A stretch of 64,000 nt of DNA from Eledone cirrhosa (Eukaryota), in assembly GCA_964016885.1 (NCBI GenBank), contig OZ024755.1, forward strand, positions 43,772,001 to 43,836,000, given 5' to 3'. The position numbers and the translations under genes were made by a program. The notes beneath the pieces are model-generated. The model was not told the origin of the DNA. It saw only the letters and a program-made list of their open reading frames with translations, and ran no database searches. Positions 60,601 through 64,000 of this stretch are shown here, piece after piece (the stretch's first letter is position 1; each line of letters begins with the position of its first letter).

Positions 60601-63600
60601 ATATACTGTGTACCACAGTTGACAGTACCAACGTATACTGTGTATATTACCACAGTTGACAGTACCAACATATACTGTGTACCACAGTTGAAAGTACCAA
60701 CGTATACTGTGTACCACAGTTGGCAATACCATCATATACTGTGTACCACAGTTGACAGTACCAACATATACTGTGAACCACAGTTGACAGTACTAACATA
60801 TACTGTGTACCACAATTGACAGTACCAACGTATACTGTGTACCACAGTTGACAGTACCAACGTATACTGTGTACCAAAGTTGACAATACCAACATATACT
60901 GTGTACCACAGTTGACAGTACCAACATATACTGTGTACCACAGTTGACAGTACCAACATATACTGTGTACCACAGTTGACAATACCAGCGTATACTGTGT
61001 ACCACAGTTGACAGTACCAACATATACCGTGTAACACAATTGAGCGTACCAACATATACTGTGTACCACAGTTGATAGTACCAACATATACTGTGTACCA
61101 AAGTTGACAGTACCAACATATACTGTATACCACAGTTGACAGTACCAACGTATACTGTGTACCACAGTTGACAATACCAACGTATGCTGTGTACCACAGT
61201 TGACAATACCAACATATACTGTGTATCACAGTTGACAGTACCAACATATACTGTGTACCACAGTTGACAGTTCCAACATATATGGTGAACCACTGTTGAC
61301 ACTACCGACATATACTGTGTAGCACATTTGACAGTACTAACATATACTGTGTACCACAGTTGCGAGTACCAACATACACTGGGTACCACTGTTGATAGTA
61401 CGAACATATACTGTGTACCACAGTTGACAGTATCAACATATACTGTGTACCATTGTTGACAGTACCAACATATACTGTGTACCACAGTTGACAATACCAA
61501 CATATACTGTGTACCACAGTTGACAGTACCAACATATACTGTGTACCACAGTTGACAGTACCAACATATACTGTGTACCATAGTTGACAGTATCAACGTA
61601 TATGTGTACCACTGTTGACAGTACTAACATATGCTGTGTACCACAGTTGACAGTACCAACATATTCTGTGTACCACAGTTGACAGTACCAACATATCCTG
61701 TGTACCTCAGTTGACAGTACCAACATATACTGTGTACCACAGTTGACAGTACCAACATATACTGTGTACCACAGTTGACTGTACCAACATATACTGTGTA
61801 CCACAGTTAACAGTACCAACATATACTGTGTACCACAGTTGACAGTACCAACATATACTGTGTACCACAGTTGACAGTACCAACATATACTGTGTACCTC
61901 AGTTGACAGTACCAACATATACTGTGTAGCACAGTTGACAATACCAACATATACTGTGTACCACAGTTGACAGTACCAACATATACTGTGTACCACAGTT
62001 GACAGTACCAACATATACTGTGTACCACAGTTGACAGTACCAACATATACTGTGTACCACATTTGACAGTACCAACGTATACTGTGTACCACAGTTGACA
62101 GTACCATCATATACTGTGTAACACAGTTGACAGTACCAACGTATACTGTGTACCAGAGTTGACAGTACCAACATATACTGTGTACCACAGCTGACACTAC
62201 CAACATATACTGTGTACCACAGTTGACAGTACCAACGTATATTGTGTACCACTATTGACAGTACCAACATTTACTGTGTACCACAGTTGACAGTACCAAC
62301 ATATACAGTGTACCACAGTTGACAGTACCAACATATACTGTGTACCATAGGTGACAGTACCAACATATACTGTGTACCACAGTTGACAGTACCAACATGT
62401 ACCGTCTACCACAGTTGATAGTACCAACGTATACTGTGTACCACAGTTGAGAGTACCAATGTATACTGTGTACCACAGTTGATTGTAGCAACGTATACTC
62501 TGTACCACAGTTGACAGTACCAACAGATACTGTGTACCACAGTTGACAGTACCAACATATACTGTGTACCACTGTTGACAGTACCATCATATACCATGTA
62601 CCACAGTTGACAGTACCAACATATACTGTGTACCACTGTTGACAGTACCAACATATACCGTGTCCCACAGTTCACAGTACCAACGTATACTGTGTATGTT
62701 ACCACAGTTGACAGTACCAACATATACTGTGTACCACAGTTGACAGTACCAACATATAGTGTGTACCACAGTTGACAGTACCAACATATACTGTGTACCG
62801 CAGTTAACAGTAGCAACATATACCGTGTACCACAGTTGAGAGTACCAACATATACTGTGTACCACAGTTGACAGTACCAACATATACTGTGTACCACATT
62901 TGACAGTACCAACATATACTGTGTACCATAGTTGACAGTGCCAACATATACCGTGTACCACAGTTGACAATACCAACATATACTGTGTACCACAGTTGAC
63001 AGTACCAACGTATACTGTGTACCACAGTTGAAAGTACCAACATATACTGTGTACCACAGTTGACAGTACCAACATATACTGTGTACCACAGTTGACAGTA
63101 CCAACATATACTGTGTACCACAGTTGACGGTACCAACGTATACTGTATACCACATTTGACAGTACCAACGTAAACTGTGTACCACAGTTGAAAGTACCAA
63201 CCTATACTGTGTACCACTGGTGACAGTACCAACATATACTGTGAACCACAGTTGCTAGTACCAATATATACTGTGTACCAAAGTTGACAGTACCAACATA
63301 TACTGTATACCACAGTTGACAGTACCAACGTATACTGTGTACCACAGTTGACAATACCAACGTATGCTGTATACCACAGTTGACAATACCAACATATACT
63401 GTGTACCACAGTTGACAGTACCAACATATACTGTGTACCACAGTTGACAGTTCCAACATATATGGTGTACCAATGTTGACACTACCGACATATACTGTGT
63501 AGCACATTTGACAGTACTAACATATACTGTGTACCACAGTTGCGAGTACCAACATATACTGGGTACCACTGTTGATAGTACCAACATATACTGAGTACCA

Positions 63601-64000
63601 CAGTTGACAGTATCAACATATACTGTGTACCATTGTTGACAGTACCAACATATACTGTGTACCACAGTTGACAATACCAACATATACTGTGTACCACAGT
63701 TGACAGTACCAACATATACTGTGTACCACAGTTGACAGTACCAACTTATACTGTGTACCATAGTTGACAGTATCAACGTATATGTGTACCACTGTTGACA
63801 GTACTAACATATGCTGTGTACCACAGTTGACAGTACCAACATATTCTGTGTACCACAGTTGACAGTACCAACATATCCTGTGTACCTCAGTTAACAGCAC
63901 CAACATATACTGTGTACCACACTTGAGAGTACCAACATATACTGTGTACCACAGTTGACAGTACCAACATATACTGTGTACCACAGTTAACAGTACCAAC
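57600..64000. repeat. Second heterogeneous block, related to 27.6-30.7 kb, ending in an internally deleted tandem duplication (offset shrinks from ~2.9 kb to 2,180 bp)
   Basis: GATTGTAGCAAC 59592/62481 (2,889); TTGAAAGTACCAACCTATAC ~60491/63189; CATTGTTGAC 61451/63631 and ATATTCTGTG 61661/63841 (2,180). Confidence 0.72.

Larger units (their letters stand above)
1..64000. repeat. 32-bp tandem satellite array, ~2,000 head-to-tail monomers, consensus TACCAACATATACTGTGTACCACAGTTGACAG; runs off both window ends
   Basis: Seen in sequence: bases 1-32 are the consensus monomer, which repeats in the same orientation to base 64000. Most monomers carry 0-3 substitutions, with occasional 15-, 29-, 30-, 31- and 37-bp length variants. 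No non-repeat sequence found. Confidence 0.99.

Noticed and set aside
9565-60819. Three short plus-strand ORFs (9565..9750, 28022..28210, 60619..60819)
   Set aside because: They are chance read-throughs where variants or indels remove or shift the TGA, and they have the same repeat content.
159-63999. Hundreds of overlapping minus-strand ORFs (60-546 aa) as protein-coding genes
   Set aside because: All are translations of the same 32-bp repeat in three overlapping frames. The period is not a multiple of 3, frameshifting indels and stops are scattered freely, and there is no unique domain, start context or codon-position bias.
1-64000. CRISPR array (32-bp partly palindromic repeat; some variants contain GTTGAAAG)
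   Set aside because: Monomers abut directly with no unique spacers, and there is no leader or cas gene. GTTGAAAG is a single C>A variant of GTTGACAG.
1-64000. Embedded transposon, inversion or unique-sequence island
   Set aside because: Reading through the window I found no departure from the monomer longer than the 5-bp insertion and no strand switch. A very short insertion could have been missed by eye.
1-64000. Telomeric repeat array (long yeast-type unit) or plasmid iteron array
   Set aside because: There is no G-rich strand typical of telomeres. The kb-scale HORs imply recombinational rather than telomerase-templated synthesis, and the array is far too long for iterons and has no rep gene.
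1-64000. Variant monomers as an information-bearing code or diversity-generating cassette system
   Set aside because: The variant order is fully explained by descent through tandem duplication. No recombinase, reverse transcriptase or expression locus is present in the window.
1-64000. Assignment to a named satellite family or species
   Set aside because: I do not recognise the monomer with confidence. This needs a Dfam/Repbase/BLAST search that I cannot run.

Overview
The whole 64-kb window is one uninterrupted, single-orientation tandem array (satellite/minisatellite DNA) of about 2,000 copies of a 32-bp monomer, consensus TACCAACATATACTGTGTACCACAGTTGACAG (13/32 = 41% GC). I see no unique sequence, inversion, transposon, RNA gene, CRISPR spacer or credible protein-coding gene. 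The hundreds of minus-strand ORFs arise because the reverse complement of the monomer has no stop codon in any frame. The real information is in the variant monomers. They recur in a fixed order and define a ~2.1-2.6-kb higher-order repeat (HOR), with larger recent tandem duplications on top (~6.8 kb, ~5.0 kb, 2,561 bp, ~5.2 kb x ~3, ~1.7 kb). There are left and right sub-families, separated by more heterogeneous blocks that recur about 20 kb and 30 kb apart. The monomer has an internal hairpin (ACTGTG-TAC-CACAGT) and a 17+15-bp sub-repeat structure. The array looks like eukaryotic heterochromatic satellite (inference); I cannot assign the organism or a named family. I found no evidence of a new gene-based system. 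All offsets were read by eye from the sequence and ORF track, and block boundaries are approximate.
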